Source: a bacterium (lineage in GTDB: Bacteria; SAR324; JACQKK01). From it: a stretch of DNA of 64,000 bases. A model generated the notes under the pieces. The model worked only from the letters and a program-made list of their open reading frames with translations, ran no database searches and was not told where the DNA came from. Both the position numbers and the translations under genes were made by a program. Shown here one piece after another: positions 19,360 through 28,912 of this stretch (positions are counted from its first letter, which is position 1; the number at the start of each line of letters is the position of its first letter). The stretch is from NCBI GenBank assembly GCA_965240465.1, contig OZ251219.1, positions 1,440,001 to 1,504,000 on the forward strand, in the 5' to 3' direction.

Positions 19360-22068
19360 ATGCCTGGTTCCCGATGGATTATTATTGGATTTGCAGTTTT
19401 TTTACTGTTCTCATTTTTGAGTGATGGCATTTTGAATGTGTTGACCGATTGGTTGTGGTTTGGTGAAAGGGGTTATCAGGCATTATTTTATAAAACTATA
19501 TTATTGCAGTGGGGCATCGGGCTGACGGCAGGGGTACTAAGTTTCGCCTTTTTGTTTTTCAACTATCGTTATGCCTTACGTCAACTAGGTGATCCCAAGG
19601 AGCTATTACCTGATGAATTGAAGGGAACTCCATTTGCTAAGCTATTTCAGCGGAAGGTGGGTTATCGGATTATTTTTGTATCATGTATATCATTGGCAGC
19701 ATTATATGCTCTGGCAGTGGGCAGTAATTGGCACCATCTGATGTTGGCTTTGAATGGCCAACCCTTTATGGAGCAAGATCCTGTGTTCCAGAATGATGTG
19801 AGCTTTTATTTGTTCAGGTTGCCATTTTATTTTCAGCTACATGGCATATTTTGGTCTTTGATTTTACTGGCATTACTAGGGAGTGGGTTCTTTTATGTGC
19901 TTAAATTGCAGGGTACGCGCGTCAAAAATGGATCTGCGCCTGATACTCAATTCGCTAGCCATGCACGGCTACATTTGGCACTACTGACTACTTTATTGCT
20001 GATTGCGATGGCAATAGGTACTTATTTAAGCCGTTATGCCTTGCTGTATCGGGCAGGGGGTTTGTTCACTGGGCCTGGCTATGCTGACATCAACGGTACC
20101 TTGCCCTTGTTGGCACTGAAGACCATTGTAGTGTTATTGGTGGCGGGGATAGTATTTCATGCCTTGCGGAGTGGTTTATTTAAATTATTGGGGATTGGCC
20201 TTGCAGGATTGCTGATGTTTTGGGTGGGAGGATCCATTTATGTCAACTTGTTACAGCGATTTGTGGTAGCACCCAACGAGCTAGAAAAAGAGCGTCTGTA
20301 TTTGAAGCATCACATTACCGCCACCAACAAAGCATTTTTGCTGGATGAAGTGGAAGAACGCACGCTGGATGATGATTCGCGGCTGACAGCAAGTGACATG
20401 ATAGCCAATAGAGGAACGGTGAATAACATTCGCTTATGGGACCACGAGCCATTACTGGAAACATTTGCCCAGATTCAAGAAATTCGCACCTACTACGATT
20501 TTGTTTCCGTAGATAACGACCGTTACCGCATAAATGGCGAGCTTCGTCAGATAATGTTGTCGCCACGGGAGTTGAATCCTCAATCTTTACCCAGCAAAAC
20601 CTGGATTAATGAGCGTCTGACCTTTACTCATGGATATGGTTTAACAGCAGGGCCAGTTAATCGGGTGAGCGCAGAGGGATTGCCAGTGTTATTTGTGAAG
20701 GATTTACCTCCAAAAAGCGAAATCTCTAATTTTCAGGTAGATACCCCGGGTATTTACTATGGTGAGTTATCTGGTCAAAACGACTATGTGTTTGTCAACA
20801 CGCGCCAGCAGGAATTTGATTATCCCCAAGGAGATGCCAATGTTTTTAGTGAGTACAAAGGCAAAGGAGGAGTCCCCCTTGATAATTTCCTCAAGCGGCT
20901 ACTGTTTTCCTTGTATTTGAAAGACCTCAAGATGCTACTATCCGATGATTTTACCCCTCAGACGCGGGTTATTTTGCATCGGAATATCATTCAGCGTCTG
21001 AAGAGATTGGCACCTTTTTTCTCCTACGATTCGGATCCTTACCTGGTGGTAGCAGATGGAAATCTGGTTTGGATGGTGGATGCCTATGTAATTTCCAATC
21101 GTTACCCATATTCTGAGCATGTGACGGGAGTAGGCAACTACTTGCGTAACCCAGTTAAAGTGCTGGTAGATGCCAGCGATGGGACTGTAGATTTTTATGC
21201 CGTTCAGCCCGATGAACCCATTTCCGCTAGCTTTGGAAAAATATTCCCCGGTCTTCTCAAGCCGATAGAGCAGATGCCCAGCATTATTCGTCAGCATATA
21301 CGTCATCCACAGGAGTTATTTTACATTCAAGTTTCCCTATTCACTACCTATCACATGCTTGATGTGAATACTTTCTATAACAAGGAAGACAAATGGTCTA
21401 TACCAGTGGTAGAGCAAAAAAGAATGGAGCCCTACTACACAGTCATGAAATTGCCCGGCGAAACAGAAGAAGAGTTTATCCTAATGCTTCCCCTTACTCC
21501 ACACCTGAAAGATAACATGGCTGCTTGGGTGGCTGCCCGTAGCGATGGCAAAAATTATGGGAAACTGGTTGTATATCGCTTCCCAAAACAAAAGCTGGTG
21601 TTTGGTCCTAAGCAAATGGTGGCACGTATAAATCAAAACCCCCTTGTATCTCAGCAGATTACACTTTGGGACCAAAGTGGTTCCAATGTGATCCGTGGCA
21701 CCTTGCTAGTAATACCAATTGAAAACGCTCTTATTTACGTTCAACCCCTATATTTACGGGCCGAGGATGGACGTATACCAGAGCTAAAACGGGTGGTGGT
21801 AGGCTACCAAAATGAAATCGCCATGGGGCTAGACTTGGAAGATGCCCTCGGACAAATTTTCTCTGCCAACATTCTCACAAATGATAATCTTGACTTGCCT
21901 TCATCAGTAGTAAAATCTTCACAAGATGATAAAATTAAAGAATTATCTAACCGTGCTATGAATCAGTACAACGCCGTCAATGATGCTGCCCGTAATAATA
22001 ATTGGAGTCGCTTCGGCAATGAATTGAAGTCCCTAGGGCAAACACTGCGCAATTTGGTGCAACAATAA
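19360..22068 (+). CDS. UPF0182 family membrane protein
   Basis: DWLWF, DPVFQNDVSFYLFRLP, GYADI, IRLWD, TFTHGYG, YVQPLYL. GGAGG RBS before ATG 19360. Confidence 0.92.
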   Translation: MPGSRWIIIGFAVFLLFSFLSDGILNVLTDWLWFGERGYQALFYKTILLQWGIGLTAGVLSFAFLFFNYRYALRQLGDPKELLPDELKGTPFAKLFQRKVGYRIIFVSCISLAALYALAVGSNWHHLMLALNGQPFMEQDPVFQNDVSFYLFRLPFYFQLHGIFWSLILLALLGSGFFYVLKLQGTRVKNGSAPDTQFASHARLHLALLTTLLLIAMAIGTYLSRYALLYRAGGLFTGPGYADINGTLPLLALKTIVVLLVAGIVFHALRSGLFKLLGIGLAGLLMFWVGGSIYVNLLQRFVVAPNELEKERLYLKHHITATNKAFLLDEVEERTLDDDSRLTASDMIANRGTVNNIRLWDHEPLLETFAQIQEIRTYYDFVSVDNDRYRINGELRQIMLSPRELNPQSLPSKTWINERLTFTHGYGLTAGPVNRVSAEGLPVLFVKDLPPKSEISNFQVDTPGIYYGELSGQNDYVFVNTRQQEFDYPQGDANVFSEYKGKGGVPLDNFLKRLLFSLYLKDLKMLLSDDFTPQTRVILHRNIIQRLKRLAPFFSYDSDPYLVVADGNLVWMVDAYVISNRYPYSEHVTGVGNYLRNPVKVLVDASDGTVDFYAVQPDEPISASFGKIFPGLLKPIEQMPSIIRQHIRHPQELFYIQVSLFTTYHMLDVNTFYNKEDKWSIPVVEQKRMEPYYTVMKLPGETEEEFILMLPLTPHLKDNMAAWVAARSDGKNYGKLVVYRFPKQKLVFGPKQMVARINQNPLVSQQITLWDQSGSNVIRGTLLVIPIENALIYVQPLYLRAEDGRIPELKRVVVGYQNEIAMGLDLEDALGQIFSANILTNDNLDLPSSVVKSSQDDKIKELSNRAMNQYNAVNDAARNNNWSRFGNELKSLGQTLRNLVQQ

Positions 22069-22077
22069 TGAGCATCC

Positions 22078-22524
22078 ATGAATGCCAATACCAGTTCCAG
22101 CACTGTTGAAGGATTGCATCAAGTCCTTGCAGATAGTTACAAGCTTGCTCTGAATACTCAAGTATGCCACTGGAACGTGACAGGGCCTTCTTTTTCTTCT
22201 CTGCATACCCTGTTTGAAATTCAATATAATCGGATATCTGAAGCAATTGATGACCTAGCTGAGCGTATTCGTGCCCTGGGAGTGTTCGTCAATGCCTCAC
22301 TAAATCAATTTGACTGTCTCAGCACACTACCTGCCATGACTGCCGATATCCCAGCACGCCTAATGCTGGAACGCCTGCAGGCTGATCATCAAATGGTACT
22401 TAAAAGCCTAAGGAAAGTCCTGCAAATAGCCATCACTACTGAAGATCATGCTACCGAAGACCTCCTCATCCAACGCATCAGCTGGCACGAAAAAGCTATC
22501 TGGATGTTGGAAGCTAGTTCTTAA
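22078..22524 (+). CDS. dps: Dps ferritin-like DNA protection protein
   Basis: HWNVTGPSFSSLHTLFE, DDLAERIRALG, EKAIWML. Confidence 0.93.
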   Translation: MNANTSSSTVEGLHQVLADSYKLALNTQVCHWNVTGPSFSSLHTLFEIQYNRISEAIDDLAERIRALGVFVNASLNQFDCLSTLPAMTADIPARLMLERLQADHQMVLKSLRKVLQIAITTEDHATEDLLIQRISWHEKAIWMLEASS

Positions 22525-22571
22525 AATAAATTATTACTGCATGAAGGCAGGGTAAGACCTCTACATAGCCT

Positions 22572-23297
22572 TCATTTTTCTCTTTTTACCTGATTCCAAA
22601 CCACAGCCAAACGATTACAAATCTCAGCCGGGTCTGGGGATGTGGTGATTGGTCTGCCTACTACTAGCCAGTCGGCTCCAGCCTGCCATGCATACGCTGG
22701 AGTGGCTCTTCGCTGTTGATCATCCGAGCAAATTGATCCGTCATCAAAGCGGATCCCAGGTACTATACGCTGCAATTGGTGATGAGGGTCAACCTCATTT
22801 ATCAATGGGAGCTCTGTTGCAGCACACACGATGCCCGCCAAACCGTTATCAAGAGATTCTAAAGCTAAACGCTGCACCACTTCTTTAATGGAGGCACCAT
22901 ACAACTGCTGAACCGCGGCATTGTCCAACGAGGTCAAAATACTTACTCCTATCAGCATGGGATTTGATTTGTCAGTAGTGGAGAAACTGGTAGCAGCTAT
23001 GGTTGCCGCTTTTAGCATGTTTGCTCCTCCGCTAATGTGTAGGGTAATCATGTCAGTCCCTGCTTCCGTCAACACCCGCACTTGATTAGCTACAGTGTTA
23101 GGGATGTCATGCAACTTGGCGTCGCAAAATACTCTCCCATAATGTCTCAGACGAAACACCAACTGTACATCAGCACGCAATAGTAAATCGTTAATTTTGA
23201 ATCCCCACACTAACCCCTCTAAGCGGCGTGCTAAGGAGATAGCCTGCGTTTCATTCATGCCATCCAAGGCAACCACAACAGGAGGTAAATTAGTCAT
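22572..23297 (-). CDS. pyrF: Orotidine-5'-phosphate decarboxylase (likely start 23297)
   Basis: VVALD, DAKLHDIPNT (DxKxxD), VPGIR, DQQRRATP, VVGRPI. Confidence 0.93.
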   Translation of the reverse strand: MTNLPPVVVALDGMNETQAISLARRLEGLVWGFKINDLLLRADVQLVFRLRHYGRVFCDAKLHDIPNTVANQVRVLTEAGTDMITLHISGGANMLKAATIAATSFSTTDKSNPMLIGVSILTSLDNAAVQQLYGASIKEVVQRLALESLDNGLAGIVCAATELPLINEVDPHHQLQRIVPGIRFDDGSICSDDQQRRATPAYAWQAGADWLVVGRPITTSPDPAEICNRLAVVWNQVKREK

Positions 23298-23534
23298 TGC
23301 AATCAGTAAAAACCATAAGTATACCAAAATTGCTTCCCGCAACTTGCTCCTAGCATAAAGCTAACCCGTTCTGCTGCCAAGCCTATTACTTATAAATTGT
23401 GTTGCCCAACTCAGATAGCGATGGCTAATATAGGCGTCATTTTACGGGCTAAAAATATCTTATGGACAAACCCAAAATACACTGGAATGATGCAAGTATA
23501 ATTATTTATCAACCCTTTTAAGTTATAATCCATT

Positions 23535-24494
23535 ATGAAGCAGTATAATGTTTTCCCCACCAATTCTGACCAACAGTCGGATTCCCAGCCTAAAGCTCCT
23601 CCTGAGAATGGAAGTCAGCAGAATGTTATGCGTCTGAAGGTTGGTTTGGCAGAAATGCTCAAAGGCGGCGTGATTATGGACGTAGTCACCCCTGATCAAG
23701 CTGAAATAGCTGAAGAGGCAGGTGCTGTCGCCGTAATGGCACTAGAACGCGTGCCTGCCGATATCCGTCGCGAAGGTGGAGTGGCACGCATGAGTGATCC
23801 TAAATTGATTGAGGGCATTATGAGTACAGTCAGCATTCCTGTGATGGCTAAATGTCGTATCGGGCATTTTGCCGAAGCCCAAGTACTTCAGACCATGAAG
23901 GTTGATTACATAGACGAAAGCGAGGTCCTTACACCTGCTGACGACACCTATCACGTAAATAAACACGACTTTACCACTCCTTTTGTGTGCGGTGCTACTA
24001 ATCTGGGAGAGGCTCTAAGGCGGATAGGGGAAGGTGCTGCCCTAATACGTACTAAGGGAGAGGCTGGTACTGGTGATATAGTTCAGGCAGTAAAACACCT
24101 TAGAAGCATTAATCGAGAAATTGCTCTTATAAGTCAGCTGGATGAAATGGAGTTAATGTCTAAAGCTAAGGAGATAGCAGCTCCCTATGAATTGGTGCGT
24201 TATGTTCATCAAAATAAAGCTTTGCCCGTACCTAAATTTACTGCAGGTGGAGTGGCTACCCCTCAGGATGCAGCTCTCCTGATGCAATTAGGTGCTGAGG
24301 CGGTTTTTGTAGGGTCAGGGATTTTTAAGTCAGCTGACCCGGCAGCCCGTGCTTTAGCTATCGTTAAGGCGGTTACATACTATCAAGATTCTGCTAAAGT
24401 GCTGGAAGCTGCCAAAGGATTGGGGACACCTATGAGCGGACTGGCAGCCAATCAACTGGAAGACAAAGAAAAATTGGCTGACCGAGGTTGGTAA
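23535..24494 (+). CDS. pdxS: Pyridoxal 5'-phosphate synthase, lyase subunit
   Basis: [40 protein letters not shown]. Confidence 0.97.
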   Translation: MKQYNVFPTNSDQQSDSQPKAPPENGSQQNVMRLKVGLAEMLKGGVIMDVVTPDQAEIAEEAGAVAVMALERVPADIRREGGVARMSDPKLIEGIMSTVSIPVMAKCRIGHFAEAQVLQTMKVDYIDESEVLTPADDTYHVNKHDFTTPFVCGATNLGEALRRIGEGAALIRTKGEAGTGDIVQAVKHLRSINREIALISQLDEMELMSKAKEIAAPYELVRYVHQNKALPVPKFTAGGVATPQDAALLMQLGAEAVFVGSGIFKSADPAARALAIVKAVTYYQDSAKVLEAAKGLGTPMSGLAANQLEDKEKLADRGW

Positions 24495-24496
24495 AG

Positions 24497-25090
24497 ATGC
24501 GTATTGGGATTCTTGCCCTGCAGGGGGCTGTTGTTCCCCATCAGGAAAAACTTGCCTGCCTCGGAGTGAAAAGTCTACTGGTAAAGGAGGCATCTCAATT
24601 GCCTAGCTGTGATGGATTGATTATTCCTGGCGGTGAAAGTAGCACTCTCAATCTGCTTATGAAGGCATTTGGCTTGGAGCAAGCAATATATAACTTTGCA
24701 GAATCCAAGCCAGTCTGGGGTACTTGTGCAGGGGCTATCATAATGTCTGAACATATTCAGGATTCCAGCATCTCGCAAAAAGGGTTGGGAATTGTACCCA
24801 TAAAAATCAAACGCAATGCCTACGGTAGACAAAACGACAGCTTCATTGATTCCCTCACTATTTCACTCCCGCAACAGCAGCCACAAACACAGGAAGCAGT
24901 TTTCATTCGCGCCCCGCAAATCACCGATTACCCTCCTCCATGTCGTGTACTGGCACGTTGCCAAGATATTCCCGTTGCTATTACCTGCCAGCAACATATG
25001 ATTACTACCTTTCACCCAGAACTGGCAGCAGAAAGTTTATTCCATAAATTTTTTGTTTCGGTATGCAAGGGTATGACTTCAGATAATTAA
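24497..25090 (+). CDS. pdxT: Pyridoxal 5'-phosphate synthase, glutaminase subunit
   Basis: GILALQG, IPGGESS, GTCAG, RNAYGRQ, FIRAP, FHPEL. Confidence 0.96.
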   Translation: MRIGILALQGAVVPHQEKLACLGVKSLLVKEASQLPSCDGLIIPGGESSTLNLLMKAFGLEQAIYNFAESKPVWGTCAGAIIMSEHIQDSSISQKGLGIVPIKIKRNAYGRQNDSFIDSLTISLPQQQPQTQEAVFIRAPQITDYPPPCRVLARCQDIPVAITCQQHMITTFHPELAAESLFHKFFVSVCKGMTSDN

Positions 25091-25091
25091 T

Positions 25092-25964
25092 ATGTTTAAT
25101 ATATTCGGGATGGCTAAACAGCGAAAGTTAGAGTGGGCAAAGGCTTGCTGGGATGCTTTGGGTCTAATGGCGATAGGCTGGGTGTTGTTGGGAATGGGAG
25201 TGGGAGTGTGGAGTCTACGGAAATTGCCATTGGAGTCGGTGGAGGTGCTTGGATTGCATCGCTTAAATGCCGATGATGTGTTACGGCATGCAAAGGTGGG
25301 AGGAAATCTTGGTTGGCTGGAGGTGGATGGTCATAAGCTGGCATTACGCTTATTGGGGCATGGCACAATTGCCCGCGTGAATGTATGGAAGCCCTTGGCA
25401 GGACATTTACGGGTGCGGTTGTATGAACGTGAGCCTAATTTTAAGGTAGCCTCAGCAGGGGATTGGCTGGTTCTTGACAGCGAAAGGGTGGTTTTGGCAC
25501 GCGTTGTAATGGATGAGGAGAAGAGAGGTACAGCTAAAGTGCAAGCATTGCCGGGTTTTGAGGGAATTGGTTTTGAGGGGTACAAATTAGATATAGGCTT
25601 ATCTACAGTGGTGGGGGGTGATACTGAAGTACGGCTAGGAAGACCGTTGCAGGATGATGCTACAGAGAGTGGTTTAGCGGTTTTGCAGGTTGCTTGGGAG
25701 GCAGGTTGGCCAGTAAATAAGCCATTATGGGTGAATGCAAAAAAGCCTTATCAAGTTGAGGTTCAAGGACTGGAAGGACAGCGGCTTCGCTTTGAGGCTG
25801 AATACGCTGATGAAGCTTTTAATACATGGCTGCGAGTACTGAGAGTACGTCCCTTGTTGCTAGAGCAAAATACCCTTATGGATATGATCGGTCAGGAACG
25901 GCGATTGAAACAAGGTTTTGTGTTACAGTACGGCTTGCCAGAATATGCTACGGAGCATCCTTAG
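25092..25964 (+). CDS. FtsQ/DivIB-like protein (TM plus POTRA-like domain)
   Basis: Single N-terminal TM, then LESVEVLGLHRL...IARVNVWKPLAGHLRVRLYEREP, the FtsQ POTRA pattern. Confidence 0.6.
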   Translation: MFNIFGMAKQRKLEWAKACWDALGLMAIGWVLLGMGVGVWSLRKLPLESVEVLGLHRLNADDVLRHAKVGGNLGWLEVDGHKLALRLLGHGTIARVNVWKPLAGHLRVRLYEREPNFKVASAGDWLVLDSERVVLARVVMDEEKRGTAKVQALPGFEGIGFEGYKLDIGLSTVVGGDTEVRLGRPLQDDATESGLAVLQVAWEAGWPVNKPLWVNAKKPYQVEVQGLEGQRLRFEAEYADEAFNTWLRVLRVRPLLLEQNTLMDMIGQERRLKQGFVLQYGLPEYATEHP

Positions 25965-25988
25965 AAGGATTTATTTTAAGGAGCAGTT

Positions 25989-26483
25989 ATGCGTCTGCTA
26001 TTACAAAGATGCGATGGCGTGGAGATTGTAGGCAACATAAAGTATGGTAGCAGATCTGCGGTTAAGCGGGTGAATATCACCGGAGCAAGCTTGTTGGCAT
26101 TGGTGGGCTTTGGCAAAGAGGATGATGCTACCTGCTTAAATCCGATGGCAGTAAAAATGCTTAATTTGCGTTTATTTCCCCTACAGGATGGCTCTGGCAA
26201 GCTAGAGAGAAGTTTGTTGGAAACAGCTAGTGGCTTGGTATTGGTGCCACAATTCACTCTATATGCTGATTGTCGTAAAGGGCGTCGCCCCAGTTTCACT
26301 GACGCATTGCTACCCAAATTAGCCAAGCCTTTGTTTGAGGAATTTATTGCAGTTTGTCAACAGCTGTTAAAAAATCATCATCCATTACGGGAGTCAGCCA
26401 TGACGCACGGCTGGTTTGGTGCCGACATGCGAATTAGCTTAGTGAACAATGGTCCAGTGACCATGATGCTAAAACACCCTTGA
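25989..26483 (+). CDS. dtd: D-aminoacyl-tRNA deacylase
   Basis: MRLLLQR, PQFTLYADCRKGRRPSF, FGADMRISLVNNGPVT. Confidence 0.95.
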   Translation: MRLLLQRCDGVEIVGNIKYGSRSAVKRVNITGASLLALVGFGKEDDATCLNPMAVKMLNLRLFPLQDGSGKLERSLLETASGLVLVPQFTLYADCRKGRRPSFTDALLPKLAKPLFEEFIAVCQQLLKNHHPLRESAMTHGWFGADMRISLVNNGPVTMMLKHP

Positions 26484-26496
26484 TGCTCGTTGATGA

Positions 26497-27732
26497 CTAT
26501 AAAGAAAGACCTATAGAGGCCTTATATGTTTTTTCTTTGTGTGGCTTACGATTGTTTTTGTTACCTGAGTCGAATCCCCAATTTGAGTATCCTAATCTTA
26601 TGATAGTGAATAGGTTAATTTCAACGCCATTAGTGGCAACACCTTGGTACCTGCCAATCCCTAAATTGATTAAATTGCCTCCAAAGGGCAAGGGTATTAT
26701 CCCAGCCGCTACCCCAAAACGTGTTCGCTGACCAAAACTGCGCTTTGCACCATCTTGCTCAATAGCAGAAGTGATATCTTCCAGCTCAATACTTACAGAA
26801 GCATCGGCAAATAAGGCGTCAACCAATAAAGCACTGCCTACGTTAAAAGTGCCTGGAGCCTTGTATCTACCTCCATCACCACCCGTACTCTTCAGCGTAA
26901 CTCCGCCAAAATTGTTTGCGGTAAAGCTAGTTTGCAGTGCTCCAAAGAAAAACGCACTCTTACGGTTTATCAATCCCACGTCAATGCCATTTCCTTTGTA
27001 CTCTTTTGGTTCAATGCTTAGATCAATTTTGCTGCCAGCAACAGCATCTATAAAATCTAGTTTATTATCTACAATTGTGAATTTTTGATTTTTGTAGTTA
27101 AATCCCCAACGCCATTCATCAGAATGTCGATAGCCCAAAGACATTATCTTAGAATCAAGAATACCAGAATAAATTTCTAGGGTGTCAAGTTCTCCAGGAT
27201 TTGGTGGATTTAGTGGATCTATGACAAATCCAGAATCCCCTTTATCTACAAAACTAAGCCTGATCTCTTGGCTATAAAATTGGGCACCTCCTATTGTCAA
27301 TCCCGCAAAAGGTATTCTTGCTCCCGCTCTTCTACTTATAGAACCAGCATATCGTTGCTCATTCCCAAGGTATCTATTAAAATAATCCGTAAGATCACTA
27401 TCAGATACATTATCCTTACCTAGTATGTTTCTAGAATCTTCTAGGAATCTTACACTATCTCTAGAAGCTGAGATTGATATACCAGCATCCACAAAAAACA
27501 AATATCTACCTAAGGTAAGTCCTGCTGGATTGTAATAAATGGCATCGCCATGAGTTGCCAAAGGTCCATAAGCATTACCCGCTGCCAGTGCTATGCTTTC
27601 TCTTTGAAAGAAACTATTGGTATCAAGATTCTGGGCATAAGCCGCAGTACTTACAGCCACAACTGTCAAACACACGACAACAGAATGCTTAAAAACTTTA
27701 AATATTTGACCTGCATGGATAAATATATTCAC
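26497..27732 (-). CDS. Outer-membrane beta-barrel protein (FadL/TraF-like)
   Basis: Signal peptide ending AYA-Q, N-terminal ALAAGNAY...AIYYNPAGL motif, amphipathic beta strands. Confidence 0.65.
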   Translation of the reverse strand: MNIFIHAGQIFKVFKHSVVVCLTVVAVSTAAYAQNLDTNSFFQRESIALAAGNAYGPLATHGDAIYYNPAGLTLGRYLFFVDAGISISASRDSVRFLEDSRNILGKDNVSDSDLTDYFNRYLGNEQRYAGSISRRAGARIPFAGLTIGGAQFYSQEIRLSFVDKGDSGFVIDPLNPPNPGELDTLEIYSGILDSKIMSLGYRHSDEWRWGFNYKNQKFTIVDNKLDFIDAVAGSKIDLSIEPKEYKGNGIDVGLINRKSAFFFGALQTSFTANNFGGVTLKSTGGDGGRYKAPGTFNVGSALLVDALFADASVSIELEDITSAIEQDGAKRSFGQRTRFGVAAGIIPLPFGGNLINLGIGRYQGVATNGVEINLFTIIRLGYSNWGFDSGNKNNRKPHKEKTYKASIGLSL

Positions 27733-27991
27733 ATATCTACCTTAATTGAGAGAGGAAGACCAACTCTGAGTGCTAACAAATAGCAATGCTCACCAGGATC
27801 ACACTCCTTTGAGTGTAAAACTATTATGTAGGTATAGTCAAATAAAGTGCGATGTGCTTATCGGAAACATCTCACATGTAATTCTTACAGGTTTTGTACT
27901 TGCCCTTTTTTAGTGGACTTGATGATAGTCTGTGTGAAGAAGGTTGTTACTAGATTTTATGATTATTTTGTAACACACTTAAGAGGTGACC

Positions 27992-28894
27992 ATGCAGATA
28001 CTCAGTGGAAAAGAAGTACGCGAAGCAATGATGCCTAGCCTGCATGCTGAGTCCCGACGCTTGAGTGCTTTAGGTGGGCGTCCACGTCTAATGATGGTAT
28101 TGGTGGGAGATCATGCCCCTTCTTTGAGCTATGTGCGTAGCAAGAGTCACTTTGCCCGATCCCTAGGCATTCAAGCAGAGGTAATACCACTGGCAGCTGA
28201 TGTGACTGCAGAGGAACTACACGGAGTATTGGAACGCCTGAACCATAATCAAAGTGTGCATGGGATTTTATGTCAAAATCCTTTGCCGCCTCATCTAGAT
28301 GAGGCCGAGGTATATAAAAGGATTGATGTAAAAAAGGATGTTGATGGATTTAATCCTTATAATGCGGGGCTGTTGCTAGGAGGGCATCCTTGTCTAGCTC
28401 CTTGTACTCCTGCGGGAGTGCTTTGCATGTTGCGTCATTATGGAATTACTACTAAGGGGCGGAAAGTGGTTGTGCTTGGTCGAAGTAAGATTGTAGGGCG
28501 TCCAATGTCTACTATGTTATCTACTAAGGGTGAGGACGCGGTGGTGACACTATTGCACTCAGCGGCAGGAAAAGTGGAGGAATTTGTGCGTCAAGCCGAA
28601 CTGGTAATTACGGCAGCGGGCAAACCTGGCTTTATCACAGGCGATATGCTAGCTGATGGTGCAGTGGTAGTGGATGTAGGGATTAATCGGGTGCAGGATT
28701 CTGCCAGCGAAAGAGGGTATAGGATTGTAGGGGATGTTGATTTTGATTCCGTCCGCCATAAAGTTAGTGCCATCACGCCTGTGCCGGGTGGGGTAGGTTT
28801 AATGACTGTTTGCATGCTTATGGCTAATACCTTGAGTGCTGCTCGCTGGCAGAAAGAGGGCTTGCCACCAGATGCCATTTGGAGGAATACTTGA
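27992..28894 (+). CDS. folD: Methylenetetrahydrofolate dehydrogenase/cyclohydrolase
   Basis: YVRSK, KDVDGF, PCTPAG, GRSKIVGRP, TPVPGGVGLMT. Confidence 0.97.
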   Translation: MQILSGKEVREAMMPSLHAESRRLSALGGRPRLMMVLVGDHAPSLSYVRSKSHFARSLGIQAEVIPLAADVTAEELHGVLERLNHNQSVHGILCQNPLPPHLDEAEVYKRIDVKKDVDGFNPYNAGLLLGGHPCLAPCTPAGVLCMLRHYGITTKGRKVVVLGRSKIVGRPMSTMLSTKGEDAVVTLLHSAAGKVEEFVRQAELVITAAGKPGFITGDMLADGAVVVDVGINRVQDSASERGYRIVGDVDFDSVRHKVSAITPVPGGVGLMTVCMLMANTLSAARWQKEGLPPDAIWRNT

Positions 28895-28912
28895 TTAGCA
28901 AGGATTTAGAGA

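Noticed and set aside
27768-27776. CIRCE operator
   Set aside because: Only the right half-site GAGTGCTAA is present, with no left arm at the N9 spacing.
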